A program made the position numbers and the translations under genes. Shown here one piece after another: positions 34,323-42,418 of a stretch of 48,471 nucleotides of DNA. The notes beneath the pieces were generated by a model that worked only from the letters and a program-made list of their open reading frames with translations, ran no database searches and was not told the DNA's origin. The stretch spans positions 1 to 48,471 of the forward strand of contig JBKJJS010000223.1 of assembly GCA_046597895.1 (NCBI GenBank), given 5' to 3'. Every line of letters starts with the position of its first letter. Position 1 is the stretch's first letter. This DNA is from Ilumatobacteraceae bacterium. GTDB taxonomy: Bacteria > Actinomycetota > Acidimicrobiia > Acidimicrobiales > Ilumatobacteraceae.

Positions 34323-35744
34323 GTGAACGAGGCACTGATTCTGGACCTACGGGTGGTGCTCGGGGCGGATCGCGTGCGCACCGGTTCGACGGAACTGGTG
34401 CTGTATGGCCGCGATGCGTCGAACATGACCGGTTCCACGTCGGTGGTGTGCCTCCCGACGTCAACCGCCGAGGTTCAGGCCTGTGTCCGCGCCGCCGCGA
34501 GTCACGGTGTTCCGTTTGTCGCCCGCGGTTCCGGCACAGGGTTGGCGGGCGGAGCCGTTCCGCTCGATGGCTCGCTGGTGATCGCCCTCTCGAAAATGGA
34601 TCGCGTCCTGTCCGTCGATCCGGCGACACGCCAAGCCTGGGTCGAGCCGGGCGTACTCAATTTGGATCTGACGCGATTTGTCACCGGCGACGGCCTGCAC
34701 TTTGCGCCCGATCCGTCCAGCCAGCAGAGCTGTTCGATCGGCGGCAACGTTGCCAATAACTCGGGTGGGCCGCACTGCCTCGCCGATGGAGTGACGAGTT
34801 CCCACGTTCTTGCGATCGAGGTCGTGCTCCCCGATGGATCGGTGACGATCCTTGGTGGAGAGGACCCTGAGCCTCCGGGCTACGACCTCCGGGGGGCGTT
34901 CGTGGGCAGCGAGGGCATGCTCGGCATCGCCACGAAGGTGTGTGTGAGGCTCAGCCAGAACAGCCCCGACGTGAGAACGTTGCTGATGGACTTCGAGCGC
35001 GTCGACGACGGCGCGAGAACGGTGAGTGCCATCATCGCTGGGGGAATTCTCCCGGCCGCCCTCGAGATGATGGACCAGTTGTGCATCCGCGCCGTTGAAG
35101 CGTTTGTTCATGCTGGGCTTCCGGTGGATGCCGCGGCCGTGCTGCTCGTCGAGGTGACCGGGCTCCCCTTTGGCCTCGATGAGGACGTGACGCGCATCAT
35201 CGAGATCGGCCGGGCGAATGGCGCGGGGACAGTCCGCGTCGCCCAGGACGAGGCCGAACGACTGTTGCTGTGGAAGGGCCGCAAGTCCGCCTTCGGCGCC
35301 ATTGCCCGCATCAAACCCAACTACTACCTGCACGACACGGTGGTGCCGCGCCACCGACTGCCCGAAGTACTCGAGAAGGTCTACGAGATCGCCCGACGAC
35401 ACGAGTTGCTGGTGCTCAACGTGTTCCACGCAGGGGATGGCAATCTCCACCCGTTGCTGGTGTTCGACAAGCGCGAACCAGGTGTGATGGAGCGGGTTCA
35501 CAAGGCGGGCGAGGAAATCGTGGCGGTCTCGGTGGCGGTCGGCGGGGTGTTGTCCGGCGAGCACGGCATCGGTCTCGAGAAGCGGGACTACATGCACCTC
35601 ATGTTCAGTCCCGACGATCTCGACGCTCAGGGCCGGCTACGTCGGGCTTTCGACCCGAGCGGGTTGGCCAATCCGCACAAGGTGCTCCCGAGTCCGGCGT
35701 CGTGCGGCGACGTCCAGCATGTCCCAGACGGCGCATGGATCTGA
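34323..35744 (+). CDS. glcD: glycolate oxidase subunit GlcD (FAD-linked oxidase)
   Basis: FAD-binding PCMH domain (VARGSGTGLAGGAVP) and C-terminal SGEHGIGLEKRDYM. First gene of the glcDEF set. Confidence 0.88.
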   Translation: MNEALILDLRVVLGADRVRTGSTELVLYGRDASNMTGSTSVVCLPTSTAEVQACVRAAASHGVPFVARGSGTGLAGGAVPLDGSLVIALSKMDRVLSVDPATRQAWVEPGVLNLDLTRFVTGDGLHFAPDPSSQQSCSIGGNVANNSGGPHCLADGVTSSHVLAIEVVLPDGSVTILGGEDPEPPGYDLRGAFVGSEGMLGIATKVCVRLSQNSPDVRTLLMDFERVDDGARTVSAIIAGGILPAALEMMDQLCIRAVEAFVHAGLPVDAAAVLLVEVTGLPFGLDEDVTRIIEIGRANGAGTVRVAQDEAERLLLWKGRKSAFGAIARIKPNYYLHDTVVPRHRLPEVLEKVYEIARRHELLVLNVFHAGDGNLHPLLVFDKREPGVMERVHKAGEEIVAVSVAVGGVLSGEHGIGLEKRDYMHLMFSPDDLDAQGRLRRAFDPSGLANPHKVLPSPASCGDVQHVPDGAWI

Positions 35745-36649
35745 GCGTGGATCTCAACACGTTTGCCGAGGAGGTCGGCACCGCCGGACCCGTGACCATC
35801 GCTGGGCTTGGCACTCGTGGCGGCCCGGTGACGGGTGTGCGGGTCGTGGCCCCACCGGTCGGGATCGTGGAGTTCCTTCCCGAGGAGACGATCGTGCGGT
35901 GTGGGGCCGGGACGCCGATCGAATCGTTAGCCTCGACATTGGCGGAGGCAGGCCAGTACACGGCGCTTCCGGCCGGCGGCACGGTGGGTGGCGCGTTGGC
36001 GGTCGGGCAGAGTGACATCTATCGGCTCGGTCGGGGGCCGATGCGCGACACGCTGCTGCAGGCGAAGTACGTGAGCGCCGAGGGTCGCGTCGTGAAGGCC
36101 GGGGGACCGACGGTGAAGAATGTGAGCGGCTTCGACCTGTGTCGCCTTCTGGTCGGCTCACGCGGAACCCTTGGATTCGTTGGCGAAGTGATCCTTCGCA
36201 CGCGGCCGCTCCCGCAGAGCCGACGGTGGTTCCGTTCCTCGTCGACCGACCCGTTTGCGCTGTTCGTCGATCTCTACCGGCCGACCTCCCTGCTCTGGGA
36301 TGGCACCACCACGTGGGTGTGTCTCGAGGGGCATTCCGACGATGTGAAGGGACAGTCCACCCGGATCATCGGGGCGGTCGAGGTGGATGGCCCGCCCCCG
36401 CTGCCGACGGGAAGTCGCCGGTCCGTGGCGCCGGCCGCACTGCATCGAGCAACAGGCGAGTTCGTCGCCGAGATCGGTGTGGGCATCGTTCACCACGCGG
36501 AGGCGTGGACCGACCGGCCGTCGGTCGCCGCTGAGGTGACGGCGCTGCACCACCGGCTGTCGTCGCTGTTCGATCCGACCGGGCGGCTCAACCCGGGGGT
36601 CGACGTCTTGGCCCTACCGACGGGCCCGACAGCACCTACGGTGATGTGA
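35735..36649 (+). CDS. glcE: glycolate oxidase FAD-binding subunit GlcE
   Basis: ATG at 35735 overlaps the glcD end. Contains GLGTRGG, VKNVSGFDLCRLLVGSRGTLGFV. Positioned between glcD and glcF. Confidence 0.8.
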   Translation: MDLSVDLNTFAEEVGTAGPVTIAGLGTRGGPVTGVRVVAPPVGIVEFLPEETIVRCGAGTPIESLASTLAEAGQYTALPAGGTVGGALAVGQSDIYRLGRGPMRDTLLQAKYVSAEGRVVKAGGPTVKNVSGFDLCRLLVGSRGTLGFVGEVILRTRPLPQSRRWFRSSSTDPFALFVDLYRPTSLLWDGTTTWVCLEGHSDDVKGQSTRIIGAVEVDGPPPLPTGSRRSVAPAALHRATGEFVAEIGVGIVHHAEAWTDRPSVAAEVTALHHRLSSLFDPTGRLNPGVDVLALPTGPTAPTVM

Positions 36650-37812
36650 CCATGGACCTGCATCTCGTCGAGGACGAACTGAGCAGTTGTGTGGCCTGTG
36701 GACTCTGCCTACCTCACTGCCCGACGTTCCGGGTGACGGGGGAGGAGGTGCTGTCACCACGCGGGCGCATTGCCGCGATGCGCGCCGTGCAGTGGGAAGG
36801 ACTCGAGCCCGGTGAGGACTTCGTGCACTCGATGGAGACGTGCGTCCAGTGCCGAGGATGTGAGACGGCGTGCCCGAGCGCCGTGCCGTTCGGCCGGCTC
36901 ATGGAGACAACACGTCACGCGCTCGCCTCGGCGAAGCGGATCACGCCGTGGTGGCAACGAATCGGATTCCGGGTGCTCGGACGGCATCGACTTCTGCTCT
37001 CGGGGTCGACGGCGCTCGCCGCCGCCCAGCGGCTGAGGTTGATTCCCCGCCGACTTGGAATTCCCAGGCTGACAATTCGCCGAGGCGCGGCCGTGCAATC
37101 GAACGGGCGGGATGTCTGGCTGTTCACCGGCTGCGTGATGGACGCCTGGCAACGCTCGACTCACCGGTCGACGGCCACGGTCCTGTCCGCGGTTGGGGTG
37201 ACGTACCAGGTCCCCGGATCCGGCGCGGCGTGTTGCGGCGCGCTGCACACCCACGCCGGATTGTCTGACACGGCCGCTCGGATGGCGCGCAGGGTGATGG
37301 CGGCGATGCCCGGCAATGCACCGATCGTGGTGAACTCCGCCGGTTGTGGAGCGGCGCTCAAGGACTACGGACGCGTACTCGGCACACCCGACGCGGCGGC
37401 GTTCGCAGCCCGGGTCTTTGATGCTCAGGAGTACGTCGCTGCTCGGGTGGAGCAATTGCAGCCCCAACAGCGACTCGGTCCGGTCATCGTCCAGGATCCC
37501 TGCCATCTTCGCCACGTGCAGCGCGCCCACCAGCACGTTCGCACCGTGCTCGGGGCCGTTGCCGAGGTCGTGGAACTGGATGACGAGGGGCTGTGTTGCG
37601 GTGCGGGCGGGGCCTATAGCGCGTTTCAGCCCCAACTGGCGGGTGATATTCGCACCAGGAAGTTGGCGTCGATCGAACGGGCGAGGGCGACGTCAGGGGC
37701 CACTGTCGTGGCGAGTGCCAACCCGGGCTGCGCGATGCATCTCGAGGCGGTTGGCGTACGCGTACGCCATCCGATGGATCTCGTGGCTGAGGCGTTGGGA
37801 CGCGTTCCGTGA
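36646..37812 (+). CDS. glcF: glycolate oxidase iron-sulfur subunit GlcF
   Basis: Two ferredoxin-type clusters, CVACGLCLPHCPTF and CVQCRGCETACPS, plus C-terminal CCG domains (GSGAACCG, DEGLCCGAGG). Confidence 0.88.
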   Translation: MTMDLHLVEDELSSCVACGLCLPHCPTFRVTGEEVLSPRGRIAAMRAVQWEGLEPGEDFVHSMETCVQCRGCETACPSAVPFGRLMETTRHALASAKRITPWWQRIGFRVLGRHRLLLSGSTALAAAQRLRLIPRRLGIPRLTIRRGAAVQSNGRDVWLFTGCVMDAWQRSTHRSTATVLSAVGVTYQVPGSGAACCGALHTHAGLSDTAARMARRVMAAMPGNAPIVVNSAGCGAALKDYGRVLGTPDAAAFAARVFDAQEYVAARVEQLQPQQRLGPVIVQDPCHLRHVQRAHQHVRTVLGAVAEVVELDDEGLCCGAGGAYSAFQPQLAGDIRTRKLASIERARATSGATVVASANPGCAMHLEAVGVRVRHPMDLVAEALGRVP

Positions 37813-38045
37813 GCGCTGAGCGAGCGGAGCAGTTGGCGGCCCGACTCGACGAGATCGGCGAAGAGATCGCCGACCTCGCCATCGACGCGCTTCGCGAGGC
37901 GCTGCAGTCCGGCTCGGGGAGCCGCCCTGCGGCTGAGCGGGCGCTGACCCAGGCCCGTAGGGCCGTCGTGAAGGCAGCCACCGCTCTTCGCACAATGGAG
38001 TCCGCCGTCGCGGAGCCCGTGGCAACAGGGGCCGACGACGACTGA
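37809..38045 (+). CDS. small helical hypothetical protein (78 aa) translationally coupled to glcF
   Basis: GTGA overlap with the glcF stop and high third-position G+C. Sequence begins MSAERAEQLAARLDEIGEEIADLAIDALREAL. No family recognised. Confidence 0.55.
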   Translation: MSAERAEQLAARLDEIGEEIADLAIDALREALQSGSGSRPAAERALTQARRAVVKAATALRTMESAVAEPVATGADDD

Positions 38046-38065
38046 CGGGTCGGGCTCGGCCAGCG

Positions 38066-38491
38066 TCAGACGAGCAGGAACTCAATTCCGAGGCGACGGT
38101 ATGTACCCATCGCCCGCTCGTCGCGCGTGAGTAGGGGGAGGCCGGTGATCTGTGCCGACGCGGCGACGAGAGCGTCGTACACGGCACCTCCAGCGACGCC
38201 GGCTGACATCATGTCGTCGAAGGTGCGTTCGCACTGAGCGGAGTCGAGCCAAACCCGCACCGGGAAGTTGTGGTCGAGGATCCGGCGCGCCGTTGCCGCC
38301 GCGAGGCGGGAACGGCCCGGTAGCCGGGTGAGCACTGAGAAGGTCTCGAACAGTGCGTGGCCGGCGATGGCCGCCCGATGCGTCCGCACCGAGTTGACGC
38401 AGGCCTCATGGGCGACATGGTCCTCCATGATGGCGGCCAGGGCCACACTGGTATCGGTGACGGCCGTGGCATCACCGGTGGAGAGCGTCAC
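38066..38491 (-). CDS. vapC: PIN-domain ribonuclease toxin VapC
   Basis: 141 aa with acidic PIN residues in VTDTSVALA, GGAVYDALVAASA and LLTRDERA. Lies immediately downstream of, and overlaps, an AbrB-type antitoxin gene. Confidence 0.8.
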   Translation of the reverse strand: MTLSTGDATAVTDTSVALAAIMEDHVAHEACVNSVRTHRAAIAGHALFETFSVLTRLPGRSRLAAATARRILDHNFPVRVWLDSAQCERTFDDMMSAGVAGGAVYDALVAASAQITGLPLLTRDERAMGTYRRLGIEFLLV

Positions 38492-38717
38492 GAAGGCCTC
38501 GAACGTCGTCGTCGGTCAGTGAGCCGTCCCCGAGAGCCGAGACGACCAGGAGACCGTCGACTTCGAGCACCGCGGGCTCGGGCACCGGCACACGATCGAC
38601 CCGAATGCTCAACCCGTCGAAGGAGATGTCGACCTCACATCCCGGCGTCAGGCCGAGCTCGTCTCGCACGCCCTTCGGAATGACGATGCGCCCGCCACCA
38701 TCTATGGTAGTGATCAT
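38472..38717 (-). CDS. vapB: AbrB/SpoVT-fold antitoxin VapB
   Basis: 81 aa. GGRIVIPKGVRDELGLTPGCEV is a typical SpoVT-AbrB swapped-hairpin motif. 20-nt overlap with vapC. Confidence 0.8.
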   Translation of the reverse strand: MITTIDGGGRIVIPKGVRDELGLTPGCEVDISFDGLSIRVDRVPVPEPAVLEVDGLLVVSALGDGSLTDDDVRGLRDALHR

Positions 38718-38746
38718 GCCATCGATCCTACCATTGGTGTCTCAAC

Positions 38747-38788
38747 AGGCAGCCGTGATCGAGTCTCAGACGGCCGTGATCGAGTCTC
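38747..38788. repeat. 21-bp tandem duplication (19/21 identical) spanning the MOSC stop codon and the vapB upstream region
   Basis: Plus strand: aggcagccgtgatcgagtctc / agacggccgtgatcgagtctc. On the coding (minus) strand this reads G D S I T A V TGA D S I T A A C TGA. Confidence 0.95.
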
Positions 38789-39617
38789 CGACGTGGATGG
38801 GGCCATCGACCACCACGCGTGCGTACGCACCGAGGTTCTGGTCGAGGTCGCGCACGATGTGACGCAAAATGGCCCTGTCGCCAGGAATGGCCTCGCTGAC
38901 CTCACGCGTCGTCATCACACATCGTGGGCATCCGCCCAGGATCTCGATAGTCGCGGCACCGACCTGGAACTGGGTTCCAGCGGGCCACTGTAGCTCCGGA
39001 TGACCGGGCTCGTCACCGGTGTCGATGACGAAGCTCGGTCGGAAGCGGCGGACGTCGACGACGGAGCCTGGGACGGCATGGCCGAGCGAGCGCAGCGCCG
39101 AGGTCGTCATCACCATGAGCGGATGGACGTCGAGGTAGGTGCCGGGAGGTGATTCGAACTCGAAGATGACGGGTGGGAATTGCGTCAGATCCGGGAGCGG
39201 TTCGTCGCCCTCGCGCCCGAACACCGCCCGTAGCTCGGCAATCATGTCGTCTGAGTCGGCCGGGCCGCGTCGATAGTGCTCCAGGTCGTCGGCAGGGCGC
39301 AGCGCCTCGAGCCGTACCGGTTGTCCGAGCGCGGCACTCACCTTGTCGTTCACCGTCGGATCTGACGTCAGCACGGTCGAACCGTCCGGCAGCGTGATCT
39401 CGGCCTCGCCCCCGGGCACACCCGTGTACCGCGCCGCACACTTCATCAATCCGCCCAGCTTTTTGGCACCGCGAATCCCGCCGCGCTCGAGGTCGCGCGT
39501 TGCCCAGCCGCGGTCGCCTTCAACGCCCCACTCGCCGAGGCGGGTTGACGGCACGGTCTCGCCGATCATCGACTTCACGGGATAGCGCCAGATTTCGCTC
39601 ACGTGCATGGTCATCAC
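38766..39617 (-). CDS. MOSC-domain protein (MOSC_N beta-barrel plus MOSC)
   Basis: IWRYPVKSMIGE N-terminal motif and the invariant Cys block ILGGCPRCVMTT. The GTG/ATG starts at 39617/39614/39608 overlap the stop of the upstream MerB-like gene (GTGA). Confidence 0.88.
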   Translation of the reverse strand: MMTMHVSEIWRYPVKSMIGETVPSTRLGEWGVEGDRGWATRDLERGGIRGAKKLGGLMKCAARYTGVPGGEAEITLPDGSTVLTSDPTVNDKVSAALGQPVRLEALRPADDLEHYRRGPADSDDMIAELRAVFGREGDEPLPDLTQFPPVIFEFESPPGTYLDVHPLMVMTTSALRSLGHAVPGSVVDVRRFRPSFVIDTGDEPGHPELQWPAGTQFQVGAATIEILGGCPRCVMTTREVSEAIPGDRAILRHIVRDLDQNLGAYARVVVDGPIHVGDSITAV

Positions 39618-40273
39618 GGTAGACGCCAGAACTCGTTCGCCAAACCAAGTCCATCCAAGATGGCCTGGTTCTGTTCACGGGAGTGCGGTCGCCACTCCGG
39701 CGACACACGGTCCCCCCACCAGGCGTGGGCGAGATCGCTCAACGTCGTCACCGGGATGGTCGCTCCGGGTGGGCGACCATCCAACCAGCGCTCGATGTGC
39801 TCCTCCGACCGGAAGAGGTTCATGGTGCTTCAGGTGAACACGATGTCATCCCACCAAGAGACGGCCGGAACAAGGCAGTGAAACAGAAGGCCCATATCAC
39901 TCGGCTGCCCGTCGACCACCTCGAAGGCGATCGGGTCCTCACAGTCCGGACACGCCGATTCGATCCGACCATCGGCGTGGAGTGCAGCGCAGATGCCGAT
40001 GGCGTCCCACGCACAGTTCCCGTACCACCAGCGCCCACGGGCGTTCACCCGAAACGCGGTAGGGGTCGCCGAGAATGGGTTCGCCATGCGGATCGCGGCG
40101 TTGCCGGGTTCCAGCACGAGGGCATGCATGTCGTGGAGTCGCCGCCAACTCGCTTCGACCTCGGCCTCCGGCGCGCTCATCGCTCGGCTGACGTCGGAGA
40201 CCGTCGGACTACGTCCGAGTTCGACGAACAAACGATAGGTCGCATTGCGGATCACGCGGTCTGCCTCGTCCAT
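39614..40273 (-). CDS. MerB-like (alkylmercury lyase family) protein with in-frame TGA at 39830-39832; candidate selenocysteine codon (U148), 219 aa if recoded
   Basis: ORFs 40273..39830 and 39823..39614 share one frame and are separated only by TGA-AGC-ACC. GNCAWDAIG matches the MerB C96-x-x-D99 motif. DDIVFT-TGA-STMNLFRSEEHIERW lines up with MerB RQSF-C159-CHVHFFASVPTAEDW. A hairpin follows (next feature). Confidence 0.65.
39800..39817 (-). promoter_or_regulatory. SECIS-like hairpin CUCUUCC-GGUC-GGAGGAG starting 12 nt downstream of the in-frame UGA
   Basis: 7-bp stem (4 G-C, 2 A-U, 1 G-U) with a GGUC tetraloop. A possible 3-bp lower helix AUG/CAU flanks it. The spacing and loop resemble the E. 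coli fdhF SECIS as I remember it. Confidence 0.5.
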
Positions 40274-40303
40274 CGACCGATCCTTGCAGAGCGACGCAGA
40301 GAA

Positions 40304-41371
40304 TTATGGGCTGACCGGTGGGGGATGTCGCTCCGGGTGGCGCCGCCACGTGAACATCGAGACTGCCCCGAGAAAAATGGGCGGCACGAACGTGAGGACG
40401 CGGTAGAGCAGGACGGCCGCCACGACCTTGGCGTCGTCCCCGCCGAATCCGGTAAGCGCGCCGGCCATGGCGACGTCGATGATCCCGATTCCCCCTGGGG
40501 TGATGGGAACAGCCGACAGCAGACGCGTCACTGACCACGTGGCGAATGCCTCCGTCGCGCTGATCTCGGTACCGGCAATCCCGACCGCTCGAATCGCCAC
40601 CAACAACACGAGGAACGTCGACAACACGCCGACCAGCGTCGTGATCGTGAGGGCGAGCCACTTCTTTCGCAGCAGTTCGTTGCTATCCCTACGGAAGCGC
40701 ACCATGGTGTCGGCCATCGTCCGTCGGGTTGGCCTTCGCACGAGGCGGCGCAGCCCGTTCGCTGCTCCTTCCGCGACCTGCCCGATCACGCGGGCACCAC
40801 TATCGCTGGCGACGAGAAGAAGAAAGCCGCTGAGAATGACGACGAACAGCACTCCGCCGACCTCGGCCGCCACGATGAGCGTGGCGTTACGGCCGCCTCC
40901 AAGTGTCAGCATCGTCAGCGCCAGAACGGGGAGCGCCAAGTTGATGAGGTGGTTCCACACTCCGGTGACCACCATGGCGCGGCTCGACGAACTGGCAGTG
41001 AAGCCCCATTCACGCATCATCTTGTATTGGAAGCCGATGCTCACTGCGCCCCCGAGCGGCGCCACGTTGGAAAGGGCCGTGCCCGTGAACTGCACTTCGA
41101 GCGCCTGGCGGAATCGGAGTCCTGGCAGGGCCACCATGAAATTCGGTGCATACGTGGCGAGGTTGAGCACCTCGGCACACAACAGGAGCACGAGATACGC
41201 CCACGACATCGCCGTGAGTTGGTGCCACACGTCGCCATAGTTAGCAAAGCGTGGGAGCACGAAGCCGAATACCACGATCAAGACCGCCACGCCGATGGCG
41301 AGGCCGATGATATTCCTCATCGGCACGCGGCGACGGTGCGGCGTGTTCGGTGGGTCTGGCGTCGGGATCAC
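40304..41371 (-). CDS. UPF0104 / lysylphosphatidylglycerol-synthase-TM-like (flippase-like) integral membrane protein
   Basis: About 8 hydrophobic segments. FGFVLPRFANYGDVWHQLTAMSW, ALPGLRFRQALEVQFTGTALSNVAPLGGAVSIGFQYKMM. GTG at 41371 overlaps the upstream stop (GTGA); ATG at 41320 is an alternative start. Confidence 0.7.
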   Translation of the reverse strand: MIPTPDPPNTPHRRRVPMRNIIGLAIGVAVLIVVFGFVLPRFANYGDVWHQLTAMSWAYLVLLLCAEVLNLATYAPNFMVALPGLRFRQALEVQFTGTALSNVAPLGGAVSIGFQYKMMREWGFTASSSSRAMVVTGVWNHLINLALPVLALTMLTLGGGRNATLIVAAEVGGVLFVVILSGFLLLVASDSGARVIGQVAEGAANGLRRLVRRPTRRTMADTMVRFRRDSNELLRKKWLALTITTLVGVLSTFLVLLVAIRAVGIAGTEISATEAFATWSVTRLLSAVPITPGGIGIIDVAMAGALTGFGGDDAKVVAAVLLYRVLTFVPPIFLGAVSMFTWRRHPERHPPPVSP

Positions 41372-42408
41372 GACGCGTAGCCGTTGAGCGTGTCGATCAG
41401 CCGACGCAGATCCCCGAAACTGTGCCGACCGAACGCAAACCGGATCCGGGGCAGGTCCACTTGATCATGTTCTCGAACCTCGATGGGGAGCGGTCCGCTC
41501 GCCTCGATACGCCCGTTGGTGCACAGGTGTCCGAAGCGTTCGTTGAGCTCCGCCAATTGGTGAGGCGACGGGGTGTGGCGCAGGCGTACGACGAGTTGGT
41601 CGCGGACATAGCGCAGCGAGTCGTAGTTGGCGTAGAAGCCAGTGATCTCGCGGACGGCGACGTCACAATCGTCGGTGACGAGGAAGAGGCCTGTATCCGA
41701 CGCACCGACGAGTCCCCGGCTGACGAGCTGACGCTCCATGAACTCCTGGGCGGCTTCCCAGTAGGGATCACCCGGCACGTCGAGGAGCACGATGGGCACG
41801 GGTAGCCCCTTGCCGGTCTGCGTGAGTGTGAGTAACTCGAACGTCTCGTCGAGTGTGCCGAAACCCCCGGGGAGGCAGACAAAGCCCTTCGACTCCTTGA
41901 TGAGCATGAGTTTGCGGGTGAAGAAGTACTTCATCGAGACGAACTTCTTGTCACCGGCGATCACCGAGTTGGCTGATTGCTCGAACGGCAGCCGGATGGC
42001 GACACCGATGGAGCGGTCCCGGCCAGCGCCTTCCATCCCTGCTTCCATGATGCCGGGGCCGGCCCCCGTGATGACCATCCAGCCCTGCTCGGCGAGTCGG
42101 CGTGCGACGTCGCGTGCCTGGGCGTAGAGCGGGTCGTGGCGCTCGGTTCGGGCCGACCCGAACAGCGTGACCTTCGGTATCGACCGGAACGGTTGAAACA
42201 GCTCGAAGGCGGCGGCCATTTCCTGCACCGCGGCGGCGGCGATCTTCAGGTCGAGCGTGTCGACGTCGTCGCGCGCCATGGCGCCTACACCGTCGAGGAG
42301 ATCCATGAACAGTGTGCGGTTGTGGGTGACGCCCATTGCATCCAAGAACGCCGTCGCCGCGCTCTGCGATCCCGCTCCGGCAGGCCAGTCTCGGGCGACA
42401 TCAGCCAT
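41368..42408 (-). CDS. LOG-family (TIGR00730) nucleotide N-glycosidase with N- and C-terminal extensions (PpnN-like architecture)
   Basis: VTLFGSART, ITGAGPGIMEAG and PGGFGTLDETFE motifs. ATG at 42408 lies 10 nt after the tal stop. 346 aa, versus about 190 for a minimal LOG. Confidence 0.8.
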   Translation of the reverse strand: MADVARDWPAGAGSQSAATAFLDAMGVTHNRTLFMDLLDGVGAMARDDVDTLDLKIAAAAVQEMAAAFELFQPFRSIPKVTLFGSARTERHDPLYAQARDVARRLAEQGWMVITGAGPGIMEAGMEGAGRDRSIGVAIRLPFEQSANSVIAGDKKFVSMKYFFTRKLMLIKESKGFVCLPGGFGTLDETFELLTLTQTGKGLPVPIVLLDVPGDPYWEAAQEFMERQLVSRGLVGASDTGLFLVTDDCDVAVREITGFYANYDSLRYVRDQLVVRLRHTPSPHQLAELNERFGHLCTNGRIEASGPLPIEVREHDQVDLPRIRFAFGRHSFGDLRRLIDTLNGYAS

Positions 42409-42418
42409 CTCGCTCAAT

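Noticed and set aside
38745-38768. Read-through or selenocysteine decoding of the MOSC TGA stop, which would add DSITAAC.
   Set aside because: I found no SECIS-like hairpin downstream. The extension is just the duplicated copy of the last codons, so a duplication scar explains it fully.
38747-38788. Whether the short tandem repeats here and at 1460..1500 could be a CRISPR array or minisatellite-type mobile element.
   Set aside because: The copies are directly adjacent with no spacers. There are only 2 and about 3.7 copies, and no cas genes are present. They are simple tandem duplications.
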